NCBI GenBank assembly: GCA_965263355.1
Contig: CBDHHL010000032.1
Coordinates: 2,784,001 to 2,848,000 of the forward strand
Length of the DNA: 64,000 nt
Direction of reading: 5' to 3'
From: Leptolyngbyaceae cyanobacterium
GTDB lineage: Bacteria > Cyanobacteriota > Cyanobacteriia > Phormidesmidales > Phormidesmidaceae
The notes below the pieces were generated by a model. The model searched no databases. It saw only the letters and a list, made by a program, of their open reading frames with translations, and was not told the DNA's origin. The position numbers were made by a program, and so were the translations under genes. Shown here piece by piece: positions 50,078 to 60,800 of this stretch (position 1 is the stretch's first letter; each line of letters opens with the position of its first letter).

Positions 50078-51781
50078 TTAAGTGTTTTTAGTTTTTGGTT
50101 TTGGGCGGGTCCGTTTGCCCCCCCCTTTGCCAGTTAGGTCCCCTTCGAACTTGGAAATTCGTAAGGGTTGTCCACCAATGGATACCTTTTTTAAGTGCCG
50201 CATAATTTCTTTGGGCATACCCTCTGGTAAATCTACGGTACTGTGGCTGTCGTAGATGTTAATACGGCCAATATATCGACTTTCTAAACCACTTTCATTT
50301 GCGATCGCACCCACAATGTGGCCTGGTTTGACCCGTTGACGATGGCCTAATTCAATACGGTAGCGTTCCATCCCCTGCTCTGGTGGGGATACCTGACGCT
50401 CGCGCCGGGGGCGCTCGCGCCGATCGCCATTACGTTCAGGTCGCGATCGCTTACGCTCTTCCAATAAGAGCGGCTCCTCTCCTTGCACCAGTTTGGCCAG
50501 AGCTGCGGCAATTTCAATGGCAGGTACATTATGCTCCTGCTCATACTGCTCCATGAGGGTGGTAAAGAACTCTAGATTTTCCTCAGCAATGGTGTCAGTA
50601 ATCTGCTGCTTAAATCGGGCAATGCGCTTATTATTGACCATTTCTGTGGTCGGCAACTCCATTTTGGAGATTTTTTGTTTGGTAGCCCGCTCAATGGCAT
50701 ACAGTAGCCGGCGTTCTCGAGGGGCTACAAATAAAATGGCTTCACCATTACGCCCAGCACGCCCAGTACGACCCACTCGGTGTATGTAAGTCTCGGTGTC
50801 GTAGGGCATATCATAATTAATCACGTGGCTAATCCTATCCACGTCCAGACCCCGAGCAGCCACATCAGTGGCGACAACGATATCTAACTTGCCTGATTTC
50901 AGCTGCTCGACCGTCCGTTCTCTCTGTATTTGGGAAACATCGCCGCTGAGAGGAGCCGTTTCATAGCCACGGGCCTCCAGTTTCTCTGCCAGTTCTACCG
51001 TAGCTAAACGAGTCCTAACAAAGACGATCATGCCGTCAAAGGTCTCCGTTTCCAAAATGCGAGTTAAAGCATCTAATTTGTGGTAGCCGCTGACCATCCA
51101 ATAGCGCTGGCGAATCGTTTCAGCAGTGGATGTTTTAGACTTGATTAAAACTTCAGTGGGATGATCTAGATGACGCTGGGCAATATGGCGAATTTCCTTG
51201 GGCAACGTGGCCGAAAAGAGGGCTACCTGACGAGAATCAGGGGTTTTCTCTAGCACCCATTCCACATCGTCAATAAAACCCATACGCAGCATTTCGTCGG
51301 CTTCATCGAGCACCAGACACTTCAGTTCGCTCAGGTCCAGAGTTCCTCGTTTCATGTGATCCATCACCCTGCCAGGTGTGCCCACTACAATATGGACTGA
51401 GCGTTCTAGCTTACGTAGTTGAATACTATAACTTTGGCCGCCATAGAGGGGCAGTACATGAAACCCCTTCATGTGAGATGCGTAGCTCTGAAAGGCTTCC
51501 GCTACCTGAATGGCTAACTCCCGTGTTGGCGTTAGAACGAGGGTATGAGGTAAACGCTGACTAATATCCACACGGGATAGTAGCGGTAACGCAAAAGCCG
51601 CCGTTTTGCCGGTACCTGTTTGAGCTTGGCCAATAATGTCGGCACCGGCTAATACATGGGGAATTGTTTGTGCTTGAATCGGTGTTGGGCTTTCATAGCC
51701 CAAATCCTCCAAAGCCTTTAGTACCGGCTCACTTAAGGATAACTCACTAAAGCTTGGAGCCGATTCTACATCCATTGACAT
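50078..51781 (-). CDS. deaD: DEAD-box RNA helicase DeaD/CsdA-type
   Basis: Q motif, AQTGTGKT, PTRELA, DEAD, SAT, ARGLD, HRVGRTGRAG; C-terminal DbpA-type RNA-binding domain. Confidence 0.92.
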   Translation of the reverse strand: MSMDVESAPSFSELSLSEPVLKALEDLGYESPTPIQAQTIPHVLAGADIIGQAQTGTGKTAAFALPLLSRVDISQRLPHTLVLTPTRELAIQVAEAFQSYASHMKGFHVLPLYGGQSYSIQLRKLERSVHIVVGTPGRVMDHMKRGTLDLSELKCLVLDEADEMLRMGFIDDVEWVLEKTPDSRQVALFSATLPKEIRHIAQRHLDHPTEVLIKSKTSTAETIRQRYWMVSGYHKLDALTRILETETFDGMIVFVRTRLATVELAEKLEARGYETAPLSGDVSQIQRERTVEQLKSGKLDIVVATDVAARGLDVDRISHVINYDMPYDTETYIHRVGRTGRAGRNGEAILFVAPRERRLLYAIERATKQKISKMELPTTEMVNNKRIARFKQQITDTIAEENLEFFTTLMEQYEQEHNVPAIEIAAALAKLVQGEEPLLLEERKRSRPERNGDRRERPRRERQVSPPEQGMERYRIELGHRQRVKPGHIVGAIANESGLESRYIGRINIYDSHSTVDLPEGMPKEIMRHLKKVSIGGQPLRISKFEGDLTGKGGGKRTRPKPKTKNT

Positions 51782-52076
51782 CTAACTTCAATTTTATACG
51801 GGCGCTGTTACAGCCTGACAGATGTTGAGTCAAAAACCAACTACGGCGGCAAAATTAAGTACTGCACTCGGTAGCCTCCATAAGTTTACTGGAACCGCTC
51901 TATATTTAGAACAATTATATCGTTGGGGGGGCATCAATACCAATTCCAGGAAACTCCCATATTGCTTAAGAGAAATCTACTAATAATGCGTTGATCGATG
52001 AGATGGAATCTCGTAACAATCCTCTTCAAATGCTATCGCTTTACAATGCTTACGTAGCTTTTGAATCAATCAAGCA

Positions 52077-52526
52077 ATGGTATTTGAGTATATTTTTAAC
52101 TTTGGTAATTTGTTTGTACTGCCATTTTGGGCACTGATGGTGCTTGTGCCTAATTGGCAGGTAACTCGCAAAATCATGGCATCGTATCTTCCGTTTGTAA
52201 TCTTGGCGGTGCTGTATATTTATTGTTTTGTTGCCAGTTTGGATCCTGACAAACTTGAGCAGTTTGCCAACCCAACCCTAGCGGCTTTAGCCGATCTCTT
52301 TTCCGATGAAAAAGTCATGACCACTGGATGGGTTCATTTTTTGGTGATGGATCTGTTTGTTGGACGCTGGATTTATCTGCAAGGCCAAGAGAAACAGTTA
52401 TTGACTCGCCATTCCTTGACGCTGTGCCTATTTGCAGGGCCTATGGGATTGCTATCCCACGTGGTGACTGTTTGGGTGATGCCATTGTTTAAACCATCAG
52501 CTGAAACGGCTGAAACGGCTAACTAA
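52077..52526 (+). CDS. ABA4-like (DUF4281) membrane protein
   Basis: VLPFWALM..P.W..T, GWVHFLVMDLFVGRWI, GPMGLLSH. Confidence 0.9.
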   Translation: MVFEYIFNFGNLFVLPFWALMVLVPNWQVTRKIMASYLPFVILAVLYIYCFVASLDPDKLEQFANPTLAALADLFSDEKVMTTGWVHFLVMDLFVGRWIYLQGQEKQLLTRHSLTLCLFAGPMGLLSHVVTVWVMPLFKPSAETAETAN

Positions 52527-52534
52527 AAACGATG

Positions 52535-53002
52535 TCAGTCGATGGGCGCGCGCGTCAAGTGGGCTGACATCAACATGTATTTGTCACGTGGCCGAAAGTT
52601 TGCCTGGCCATAAAATCTCTGTGCCTTTGTGTTTTGTCGCGCTACCTCTAAATGTATGACTTGAATCTCTAGCGCTCGAGCTTCTTCCTGGATCTGATTC
52701 AGGGTCTCTGTGCCCAGACCCAGACCCCGAAATTCTGGTTTTATGTAGAGTTCATCGATAAAAGCATCTTTTCCCCCGAACTCGATACTGTAGCCAAACG
52801 TTAAGACAATGTAGCCAGCTATCTGGTTGTTTGCCAAAATTAGCCAAATCCCTCCCAGAGAGGAGTCGGATAATAGGTGATGTAATGCTTGTTTTCGACG
52901 GCTGTCAGGCATTTGGATGCCCTCAAACTGATGGTAAGCTTCAACAAATGGTAATAACTGTTGCAGATGATCAAGGGATGCAAATTTGAGCCTGGGTTTC
53001 AT
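52535..53002 (-). CDS. GNAT family N-acetyltransferase
   Basis: FIDELYIKPEFRGLGLG, LEV...N..AQRFY. Confidence 0.92.
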   Translation of the reverse strand: MKPRLKFASLDHLQQLLPFVEAYHQFEGIQMPDSRRKQALHHLLSDSSLGGIWLILANNQIAGYIVLTFGYSIEFGGKDAFIDELYIKPEFRGLGLGTETLNQIQEEARALEIQVIHLEVARQNTKAQRFYGQANFRPRDKYMLMSAHLTRAPID

Positions 53003-53086
53003 GATTCATATTAAAAATATGCAGATGGGAGTGAAGACCTTTGTGAGAGAAATATGTATGTGAAAGAAGAGTGAATTTGACTGTGG

Positions 53087-53671
53087 TTAGCGAAATGTTC
53101 TGTAGGGGATGTGGTGGTAATACTTTGGATAGCTATCTAACCGAATATGTAGCCAAGCAACCCCTCCGCCAGCTGTACTAAGCCAAACAGGTTGGTCATC
53201 GTTTATGCGTTGAGCCATGGCGTCACCAACGGCGGCCCATAGGGCATGCTGTTGAGAAAGCGGAGCATTTTGTATAAAGGCTCCTAAATGACCGTAATCA
53301 CAAGCAGAATTGGTTGGGCAGGGTGTAACAAGCATGGCATCCTGTCCCAAGTTCAAAAATGCAACGACGGATTGTTCTGCGTTGAAGTACGGTGAAAAGG
53401 TCTGGCGATCTGGTACTCGGGCTAGACTGGGACTGTCGATAATGACACACTCAAATGGTCGGTTGATGGTGGTATTTGTTACTGGCGGCGTTTCCCAGCG
53501 AAAAGCGCTAAAGGGCAATGATGACAATAATTGAATAAAAAATTCACGAAAGATAACATCGTGCTGCCATGCCTGAAGCACAGTGGCGTAAGAAACAGAA
53601 GATGAATTTTTCGTGATGACAATTCGAGTACTGTGAAGGTTATGTAATTCTTCGCTCCGTGAATTCCACAT
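53087..53671 (-). CDS. Conserved hypothetical protein (DUF6940-like)
   Basis: FRWETPP, F.NLG.DA.LV.P, YGHL..F, WLSTAGGGVAWLHIRLDSYPKYY. Confidence 0.75.
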   Translation of the reverse strand: MWNSRSEELHNLHSTRIVITKNSSSVSYATVLQAWQHDVIFREFFIQLLSSLPFSAFRWETPPVTNTTINRPFECVIIDSPSLARVPDRQTFSPYFNAEQSVVAFLNLGQDAMLVTPCPTNSACDYGHLGAFIQNAPLSQQHALWAAVGDAMAQRINDDQPVWLSTAGGGVAWLHIRLDSYPKYYHHIPYRTFR

Positions 53672-53919
53672 ATTACTTAGTTGATCCCCGACTATCGTAT
53701 GATATTAGCCTCATTTTCGTAGACTCTTCCTGGGATGTCTGGAGAGCAATGTAAATGTCAGTACATCTAGTGTCAGTGATTACACATTGGTTGCCTACTG
53801 AGATTTCATATTTTTGATGAGAAATTTGAGCATATTTGCGCGACCAATCTCACAGATTAACTAGGCATCATGGAAGCATAAAAATGTTGTTCCTGAATAG
53901 TTATCAAGAGAGCAGGGCT

Positions 53920-54120
53920 ATGATTGCCGTTAGAAAGACTGAACGATCACCAGAGATTATTTTGAGGCAGGTTTGGGATACTCATCAACTGACGCGTAAA
54001 GATCATGTCAGGTTGTCTTCCTTCTTGTTGTCCATTGTGGAGTTGACCCCTAAGCAGCGGGAGCAAGTTCATCATATTTTTGATGAGCTGAGTATGGGGA
54101 AGATTCAGCTGGTTGATTAA
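53920..54120 (+). CDS. Small hypothetical protein
   Basis: 66 aa ending IFDELSMGKIQLVD, similar to small cyanobacterial proteins; start placed at MIAVRK. Confidence 0.6.
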   Translation: MIAVRKTERSPEIILRQVWDTHQLTRKDHVRLSSFLLSIVELTPKQREQVHHIFDELSMGKIQLVD

Positions 54121-54163
54121 TGTGGTGACGTTCCATGGAACGTCACCACATTAGCAGGTGTTG

Positions 54164-56866
54164 TCATTCAAAGATATTTAGTTGTGAATCGGGATCAGCT
54201 TCTTGGACCTTTGCTTTTTTAGATGGCTGGCTAGAGCTACCTTTGCGCAGACCGACAGCGATTTTGCTATGTTTTTCAATCTGCCCCATCACTTGTTGGG
54301 CGCGTTTGATGACGCTCGGAGGTAAGCCTGCTAAACGACCTGCTTCAATGCCGTAGGAGCGATCGGCTCCACCTGGTTGTACCTGATGAAGAAAAATAAT
54401 CTGATCTGGCATTTCTTTAACGGTTACTTGAAAGTTCGCCACATTTTTTAGTAACGATGCTAATTCATTGAGTTCATGATAGTGGGTGGCAAAAATAGTT
54501 CGGGCTCGGATATCGCTGGCCAGATGTTCGGCGACGGCCCAGGCGATGGAGAGGCCATCAAAGGTGGCGGTACCGCGACCAATTTCATCCAGGAGCACTA
54601 AGGATTTGGGGGTGGCGTGATTCAGAATATTGGCGGTTTCGTTCATCTCTACCATAAAGGTGGATTGACCGGTGGCCAGGTCGTCAACCGCGCCAACCCG
54701 AGTGAAGATGCGATCGCACACACCCAACACCGCACTCTTCGCCGGTACAAAGCTACCCACCTGGGCCATTAGCTGAATCAACCCCACCTGTCTCAGATAG
54801 CAGCTTTTCCCGCTAGCATTGGGTCCCGTCAAAATAATCAGATCGGGCGTAGGCTGGGCATGGCCCATCGCTCCAACCGATGATTTCCCGTACCCCAGCC
54901 CCGTGGAATTAGGCACAAAAAATCCTGCAGGCAGCGACTGCTCTACTACTGGATGCCGTCCAGAGTCAATCGCCAGAGTTCGACCTTGAACGATGTCAGG
55001 CCGACAATAGCCCTGATAGATAGCCAGTTCTGCCAGACCACAGAGCACATCCGCCGTCGCTACATTAACAGCGACTTTACGAATCAGCTCAGCATGTTGG
55101 CCCACATCCTCCCGTAGCTCTAGAAAAATTTCATACTCAATTTGGTTAATCTCATCCTTCGCATTCAGAATGCGCGCTTCTCGTTCCTTCAGTTCAGGCG
55201 TAATGTAGCGCTCTTCGTTAGTCAGGGTTTGTTTGCGAATGTAGTCTTCAGGAGCTTGTTTACTCTTGGCCCGAGAAATACTGATGTAGTAACCAAAGGC
55301 TTTGTTAAACCCGACCTTCAGATTAGAAATCCCAGTACGTTCGCGTTCCGTAACCTCCAGGTTGGCAATCCAGCGCTGGTCGCTACTCACCTGATCCCGC
55401 AGACCATCCAAATGGGCATGAACGCCTTCGCGGATTAGACCGCCATCTGTCAGGTAGAGAGGAGGGCTATCGACTAGATGGGCCCTAAGTTTTTGCCCCA
55501 TCTGCTCTAATTCCGATGGCACGACCTGTAGTTTAACCAGATGGGGAGACTGAGCATGGGCCATCAGGGCCGCCAGGTCCGGTAGCTTTTCAAAGGACTC
55601 GGCCATCGCGACTAGATCGCGGCCGTTGGCGGTACCAGAGCCAGCCCGTCCGGCTAACCGTTCCAGGTCATAAATTTGCTTTAAAATCAGCTGTAGCTGC
55701 TGACGCAGGGTGCCGTTGTCTATCAGTTCACTGATGGTGTGTTGGCGCTGCTGAATTTTCTCGATACCCAGCAAGGGTTGAAGCAACCACCGTCGCAGTG
55801 CGCGACTACCCATGGCGGTGGTGGTTTTATCTAATGCCCATAGCAGTGAACCATGAAAGATTCCATCCCGCACGGTCTGGGTGATCTCTAGATTACGGCG
55901 GGTCTGGTTATCAATCACCAGAAATTCTGTTGTGGTGTAAGTGGAGAGGGGTTGCAGTGGGGCCAAACTTTCTTTTTGAGTGTCTTCAAGATAGTTTAAG
56001 AGACCTCCTGCAGCCCTGACCGCCAGGGGTAAATGCTCACAGCCAAAGCCTTCTAAAGAACGTACGCGGTAGCTTTGCAGCAGGCGTTGCTTCGCTTCAG
56101 CGTGAGTAAACGCTGTTTGGGAACGAAAGGTATAACAGAATTGCGCCGGCAGACCTTCTGGGAGTTTGTCCGAGGTTTCTCCGGGGCGTAGCAAGGCTCC
56201 TAAATCAGGTGCATTAGTGGGCACCAGCACTTCGGCAGGTTGCAGCCGCATCAGTTCTTGGGCTAACTGGTCAGTGGCAGTCCCCTGGGTGGTAAAAAAC
56301 TCGCCTGTGGAGACATCTGCATGGGCCAGCCCCCAATGGTTATCGGCGATGACCAGGGCGGCTAAAAAGTTGTTGCGTTTAGCCGTCAGCATACCCTCTT
56401 CGAGAATGGTGCCAGGGGTAATGACACGGGTGACTTCTCGTTTAACGAGTCCCTGGGCCTGGGCTGGATCTTCCACCTGGTCGCAAATGGCGATCGCAAA
56501 TCCTTTCTCTACCAGTAGGGCACAGTAGCGATCCAGGGCGTGGTGTGGAATCCCGGCCAGGGGAACTTTGCCAATGGCTTTACCGGCATCTTTACTGGTC
56601 AGAACCAGTTCTAACTCACGGGCAATTGCGATCGCATCTTGAAAAAATGTTTCAAAAAAGTCCCCGACGCGATACATCAAGAGGGCATAGGGATAGGCAT
56701 CCTTAACGTCGGCATAATGACGCATCATTGGCGTCAAATCGTCCCGGTTGATTTCTTGATAGTCGGTGTACCGCACCGTATGCTTGAGCAACCGTTCTGG
56801 AATGCCCATGTCTTGGGTTGTCTTACCAGAGCGGCTGGCTGCGGTTTTAGATGCAGATGCGGTCAT
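54164..56866 (-). CDS. mutS: DNA mismatch repair protein MutS
   Basis: [61 protein letters not shown]. Confidence 0.98.
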   Translation of the reverse strand: MTASASKTAASRSGKTTQDMGIPERLLKHTVRYTDYQEINRDDLTPMMRHYADVKDAYPYALLMYRVGDFFETFFQDAIAIARELELVLTSKDAGKAIGKVPLAGIPHHALDRYCALLVEKGFAIAICDQVEDPAQAQGLVKREVTRVITPGTILEEGMLTAKRNNFLAALVIADNHWGLAHADVSTGEFFTTQGTATDQLAQELMRLQPAEVLVPTNAPDLGALLRPGETSDKLPEGLPAQFCYTFRSQTAFTHAEAKQRLLQSYRVRSLEGFGCEHLPLAVRAAGGLLNYLEDTQKESLAPLQPLSTYTTTEFLVIDNQTRRNLEITQTVRDGIFHGSLLWALDKTTTAMGSRALRRWLLQPLLGIEKIQQRQHTISELIDNGTLRQQLQLILKQIYDLERLAGRAGSGTANGRDLVAMAESFEKLPDLAALMAHAQSPHLVKLQVVPSELEQMGQKLRAHLVDSPPLYLTDGGLIREGVHAHLDGLRDQVSSDQRWIANLEVTERERTGISNLKVGFNKAFGYYISISRAKSKQAPEDYIRKQTLTNEERYITPELKEREARILNAKDEINQIEYEIFLELREDVGQHAELIRKVAVNVATADVLCGLAELAIYQGYCRPDIVQGRTLAIDSGRHPVVEQSLPAGFFVPNSTGLGYGKSSVGAMGHAQPTPDLIILTGPNASGKSCYLRQVGLIQLMAQVGSFVPAKSAVLGVCDRIFTRVGAVDDLATGQSTFMVEMNETANILNHATPKSLVLLDEIGRGTATFDGLSIAWAVAEHLASDIRARTIFATHYHELNELASLLKNVANFQVTVKEMPDQIIFLHQVQPGGADRSYGIEAGRLAGLPPSVIKRAQQVMGQIEKHSKIAVGLRKGSSSQPSKKAKVQEADPDSQLNIFE

Positions 56867-56996
56867 GGGGCGTTTGAACCGTGAGGACTCTGATTAATCT
56901 TATGATGTCTGCTCAGGTGCGATCGCTAAGATATCCAGGAAAATCCACAAACCCGTTTTCAGTGTCTAAAATCATCTGACGGATGCTTACTCGCCA

Positions 56997-57542
56997 ATGC
57001 TGACCGATATTCAGACGCGCAAGTTAACTAAACTCTTTCGCCTATATGATGCCAATGCTGATGGTGTGCTGGTAAGGCAGGATTTTATTGCCCTGGCTAC
57101 TCGTTTAGCTAATCTGCGGCAAGGACTGAAAGCGTCGCCTCACCATGGCCAAATTTTGAACCATCTGCAGCAGGATTGGGACTGCCTGTGTGCAGTGGCG
57201 GATCAAAATAGTGATGCGCAGATCACCTTGAACGAATGGCTAGCCTACTATGAGCAAGTTTTGAATGATATCAAGCAATATGCCAGTCGTGTAATTGCTT
57301 TGGTAACGTTACTGTTTGATGCGTTTGACCAGGACAATGATGGGCAGATTAGTGAACATGAATGGACTAGTCTGCTGTCAGTATTTAATGTGCAACCCAT
57401 CTATGCACGGTCAATTTTTATTAACTTAGATGTAAATCAAGATGATTGCCTGAACCAGGATGAGGTGTTGACCTTGATCCACGATTTTTTCTACGTCAGT
57501 GAGCCCTCAGCTCCAGCCAATTTTATGTTTGGCCCCTACTGA
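56997..57542 (+). CDS. EF-hand calcium-binding protein (calerythrin/SCP-like)
   Basis: Loops DANADGVL, DQNSDAQITLNE, DQDNDGQISEHE, DVNQDDCLNQDE; ends FGP. Confidence 0.88.
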   Translation: MLTDIQTRKLTKLFRLYDANADGVLVRQDFIALATRLANLRQGLKASPHHGQILNHLQQDWDCLCAVADQNSDAQITLNEWLAYYEQVLNDIKQYASRVIALVTLLFDAFDQDNDGQISEHEWTSLLSVFNVQPIYARSIFINLDVNQDDCLNQDEVLTLIHDFFYVSEPSAPANFMFGPY

Positions 57543-57578
57543 ATAGATTTTTATTAAGTTAATAACCCTATCTTTCGT

Positions 57579-58436
57579 ATGGTTTCCCTAAAAGCATCAG
57601 CGTCTGATTTCCCTAACCCAGTTACTTCTCAGTTATCCCCTGTACCGTTAGGGTGGTCAACGGACGATCGGATTGTGGTCCGTGCCCATCTTTTAGGGGA
57701 ACGTCTGGTGCTAAAAACGTTGGAAACGACGGAGGCCCTATCGACAAATCCGTTAATAGTTCGCGCAGGGGAGGCTGGTTGTGCGGTACTGCTGCGCTAC
57801 GGTGTAGTGGTGCTGTTTAACCTGGAAGCGGCTGAGGAAAAGACTTACTTAGGGTCGCTGACGCCACTGGTCAAAGAGCCGTCAGCAGAAGATGTGTTTG
57901 AGGAGCTGCTACTGGCGTTTCATCCCACGGCAAAAGAGCGTTTGGAGCAAGATACTCTCTGGCTCAGGGATTGTAGTGCTGAGCGGTTGCAAATTGTAGC
58001 AGAAGCATTGGCTAAAAGCGTCGTTTTGGACTATTACGAACAGAAGGTGTTTGACCTGTTTGCTCAAATTAAGCCGTTTACCACCGCGATTCAAAATCCT
58101 AAACAGCGGCCACCGAAAGAAAAGGAACTGTTGCGCTATATCGGTGGGACGTTATTAATTCAACAAAAGATGTTAGGCATTGTGGAGGTGGGGGATAAAC
58201 CCGATCCCATTTGGGATTTTCCGGATTTGAACCGCCTCTATTTGCGTTTAGAGGACGAATATGAACTGCGGGAACGCTTACTGATTCTGGAGCAAAAGCT
58301 GACTTTAATTTCCCGTAGTGTGGAGACAGCTCTGGGCATTTTGCAGCAGGCTAGTAGCCATCGGGTGGAATGGTACATCGTTATTCTGATTGTGGTGGAA
58401 ATTCTATTGTCGATCTACGAAATTTCGCTTCAATGA
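57579..58436 (+). CDS. RMD1/DUF155 family protein
   Basis: YGVVVLFN, ALAKSVVLDYYE, DKPDPIWD, EYELRER, EWYIVILIVVEI. Confidence 0.88.
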   Translation: MVSLKASASDFPNPVTSQLSPVPLGWSTDDRIVVRAHLLGERLVLKTLETTEALSTNPLIVRAGEAGCAVLLRYGVVVLFNLEAAEEKTYLGSLTPLVKEPSAEDVFEELLLAFHPTAKERLEQDTLWLRDCSAERLQIVAEALAKSVVLDYYEQKVFDLFAQIKPFTTAIQNPKQRPPKEKELLRYIGGTLLIQQKMLGIVEVGDKPDPIWDFPDLNRLYLRLEDEYELRERLLILEQKLTLISRSVETALGILQQASSHRVEWYIVILIVVEILLSIYEISLQ

Positions 58437-58762
58437 TTCCTAGAACGTTGGCGAGTATCGCCTGTAAATCAACGGGGAATCAGAGAAAAGGAGTCAAGGA
58501 TGTCCTGCTGCCAAATTCAAGTACGGAAAATATCCAATGGGATCTGTAGTTTAAGGTAGTCATCACCTGTATTTTTTCTGTCTGTTAGAGTGATTTGCTA
58601 CGAGGGTGCTTAAACCACTACAAAAATTTATCACCATGTGTTAGAAGGTCAAAAATCGTCCAAATTAACCACGTCCAAGGTGAAACCTGTAGGTTTTTCT
58701 ATGGAGAAACATCGTCTTGAACCTGGAAAAGGGGTATTTAGCATCTTGTCAGGGAGAATAGT

Positions 58763-60751
58763 ATGGAATCTAAACCATTGCCAGTGATCCTGCGAAAGTT
58801 TGTCTTTCGAGATGCGTTATTGCCAGGGTATGAATGTTACCTGGATCACGATATTGATGCGGGACAAGAGTTGGCCCAGGTCAGACTGGTCAAGATTGGC
58901 ACCCCTGAACAAGAGCAGGTTTCAATTCCTGGCTACTTTGTAATGAGTAGCGCACCACCCAATATTGAAACCGCTGAAGAAATGGAGGAGTCTGAATTGC
59001 AGGCGTCAGCACGGGGCGTGAAGGAAATTGCTAAACATCTCTACGATATCTACACCCAACAAGATGGCCCTGACCCTGAATTGATGATTACCGTCCATGG
59101 GTACAACAGTGGCCGCAGTTCTGTGCGGAACTGGTACAAGAATATTTTTCAGTATATTAATCAATACGATACAGCGATTCCCCTTCAGGGTAACCAGGTT
59201 TTTATTGGCTATCGTTGGCCATCAGAAAGTATTGAGCTGCAGCGTTTAGGTGAAGCCTGTAAAGCCCTGCCACCCTTGCCACGAGACTTGATGTTTACAG
59301 GGATTGTCGGGGCGCTCATTTTACTGTTGTTAGAACTCACAACATTTCGTGATACGGTTGCTGGGGTTGCGATCGCGTTCCTATTAGTCCTCCTTTTAGG
59401 CATATCCACCATCATGATTACCCTGGTCATCCTGCGCATGGTGGTTTATTTTCGCGATCGCTACCGCGCTCAAAATTTTGGTGTTCTAGACCTGGTTGAA
59501 TTACTCAGACAACTTGACCGGGAATTAGTGAACCTAAAGGCAGCTGATATCAAACGACAAAAACCTGATGAACAGACCCCCTGTGAGGTAGCCGCTAAAT
59601 TCTGGAAACAGACTGATTGTAAGGTAAAACTCTCGTTTCTAGGCCATAGCATGGGGGGCTTTGTTGTTACGAATGTGGTCCGCATTTTGTCCGATGTGTT
59701 TGATACACGCTCCATTAGTAATAAACCCCCAGCGGACATTGGTTCTGTTTTTCGCTTAGAACGATTGATCTTAACCTCTCCTGATATTCCCATTTTGACC
59801 ATTGTGTCAAGTCGGGCAAATTTTCTGTCGTCTTCCCTGCGACGGTTTTCTGAATCGTACTTATTTAGCAGCGAAGGTGATTTGGCGTTACGGGTTGCCT
59901 CTGCTACGGCCAATTATTTTACCTTTCCCAGCAATACAGAAGATATGGGCTATCGCCTTGGCAATGTTTCCCTCAAAGCAGGCTCTAAAAAGTCCACAAC
60001 CTATGGCATCGTAAATCTCTCTGCTTTAGATGAACACTTTTTTCAGGGAACATCGTTAGCGGAGGCAATTGCCCGTAACCCAGATAAGGTGATGGATCGT
60101 TTATTCTTGACCTATAATTGGGGTAAGAAGGGGGGCTACAACACATTAGGCCAGTTGTTGGCAGACCGTACCCAAGCTGATCACTTATCAGCGAGTCATG
60201 GTGCTCAGACGGAACAATCTCCTAACATTACCATTGCTGATTTCTTTACCTACTTTGACTGTACTGACTATAAAGATGTGACATTCTCGGTAAAAGACGG
60301 GATGATTAGTCAAGAGCCTGCAGGATTATTGACCCGTGCCAAAGGTAAAAAGGCGCTGAATTGGTGGGATTATTTTCTACTAACTTTAGATGGAGCGCTT
60401 GGGAGACGAGATGTGCATGGGGGCTATTTTCAGGGAAGTTTTACCCAAGCCATGATTTACCGCATCGCATTTTTAGGATTTACAGGATATCTAAAAACGT
60501 TGGATGATGATCCAACCATGGCCTTTGACCCCCATGTGGCGTTAAGTAAGTTGCATATGCAATGTCGAACACTGGGCATTCAAAGTTTTCTCTCTCCTAT
60601 GCGCTACCGTGTGAATATTCAGGGCGAAAATATTATGCATAATAAGCAAGAACTGATTGATGTCATTGATCAAGAATCTACTCAAATTTTGCAGCCGGAA
60701 CAGATGATAAAATCCTTAGAAAATCAGGGTTTTGACGTTATCGTCAAATAG
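58763..60751 (+). CDS. Alpha/beta hydrolase (DUF900-like) with an inserted 2-TM hairpin
   Basis: VHGYN, GYRWPS, GHSMGG nucleophile elbow, SPDI, SEGDLAL, VHGGYF. Confidence 0.8.
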   Translation: MESKPLPVILRKFVFRDALLPGYECYLDHDIDAGQELAQVRLVKIGTPEQEQVSIPGYFVMSSAPPNIETAEEMEESELQASARGVKEIAKHLYDIYTQQDGPDPELMITVHGYNSGRSSVRNWYKNIFQYINQYDTAIPLQGNQVFIGYRWPSESIELQRLGEACKALPPLPRDLMFTGIVGALILLLLELTTFRDTVAGVAIAFLLVLLLGISTIMITLVILRMVVYFRDRYRAQNFGVLDLVELLRQLDRELVNLKAADIKRQKPDEQTPCEVAAKFWKQTDCKVKLSFLGHSMGGFVVTNVVRILSDVFDTRSISNKPPADIGSVFRLERLILTSPDIPILTIVSSRANFLSSSLRRFSESYLFSSEGDLALRVASATANYFTFPSNTEDMGYRLGNVSLKAGSKKSTTYGIVNLSALDEHFFQGTSLAEAIARNPDKVMDRLFLTYNWGKKGGYNTLGQLLADRTQADHLSASHGAQTEQSPNITIADFFTYFDCTDYKDVTFSVKDGMISQEPAGLLTRAKGKKALNWWDYFLLTLDGALGRRDVHGGYFQGSFTQAMIYRIAFLGFTGYLKTLDDDPTMAFDPHVALSKLHMQCRTLGIQSFLSPMRYRVNIQGENIMHNKQELIDVIDQESTQILQPEQMIKSLENQGFDVIVK

Positions 60752-60800
60752 TTGAGACAGAGCTTAATCAGGCGAAATTTTTCAAAATCTTATTGTCTTA

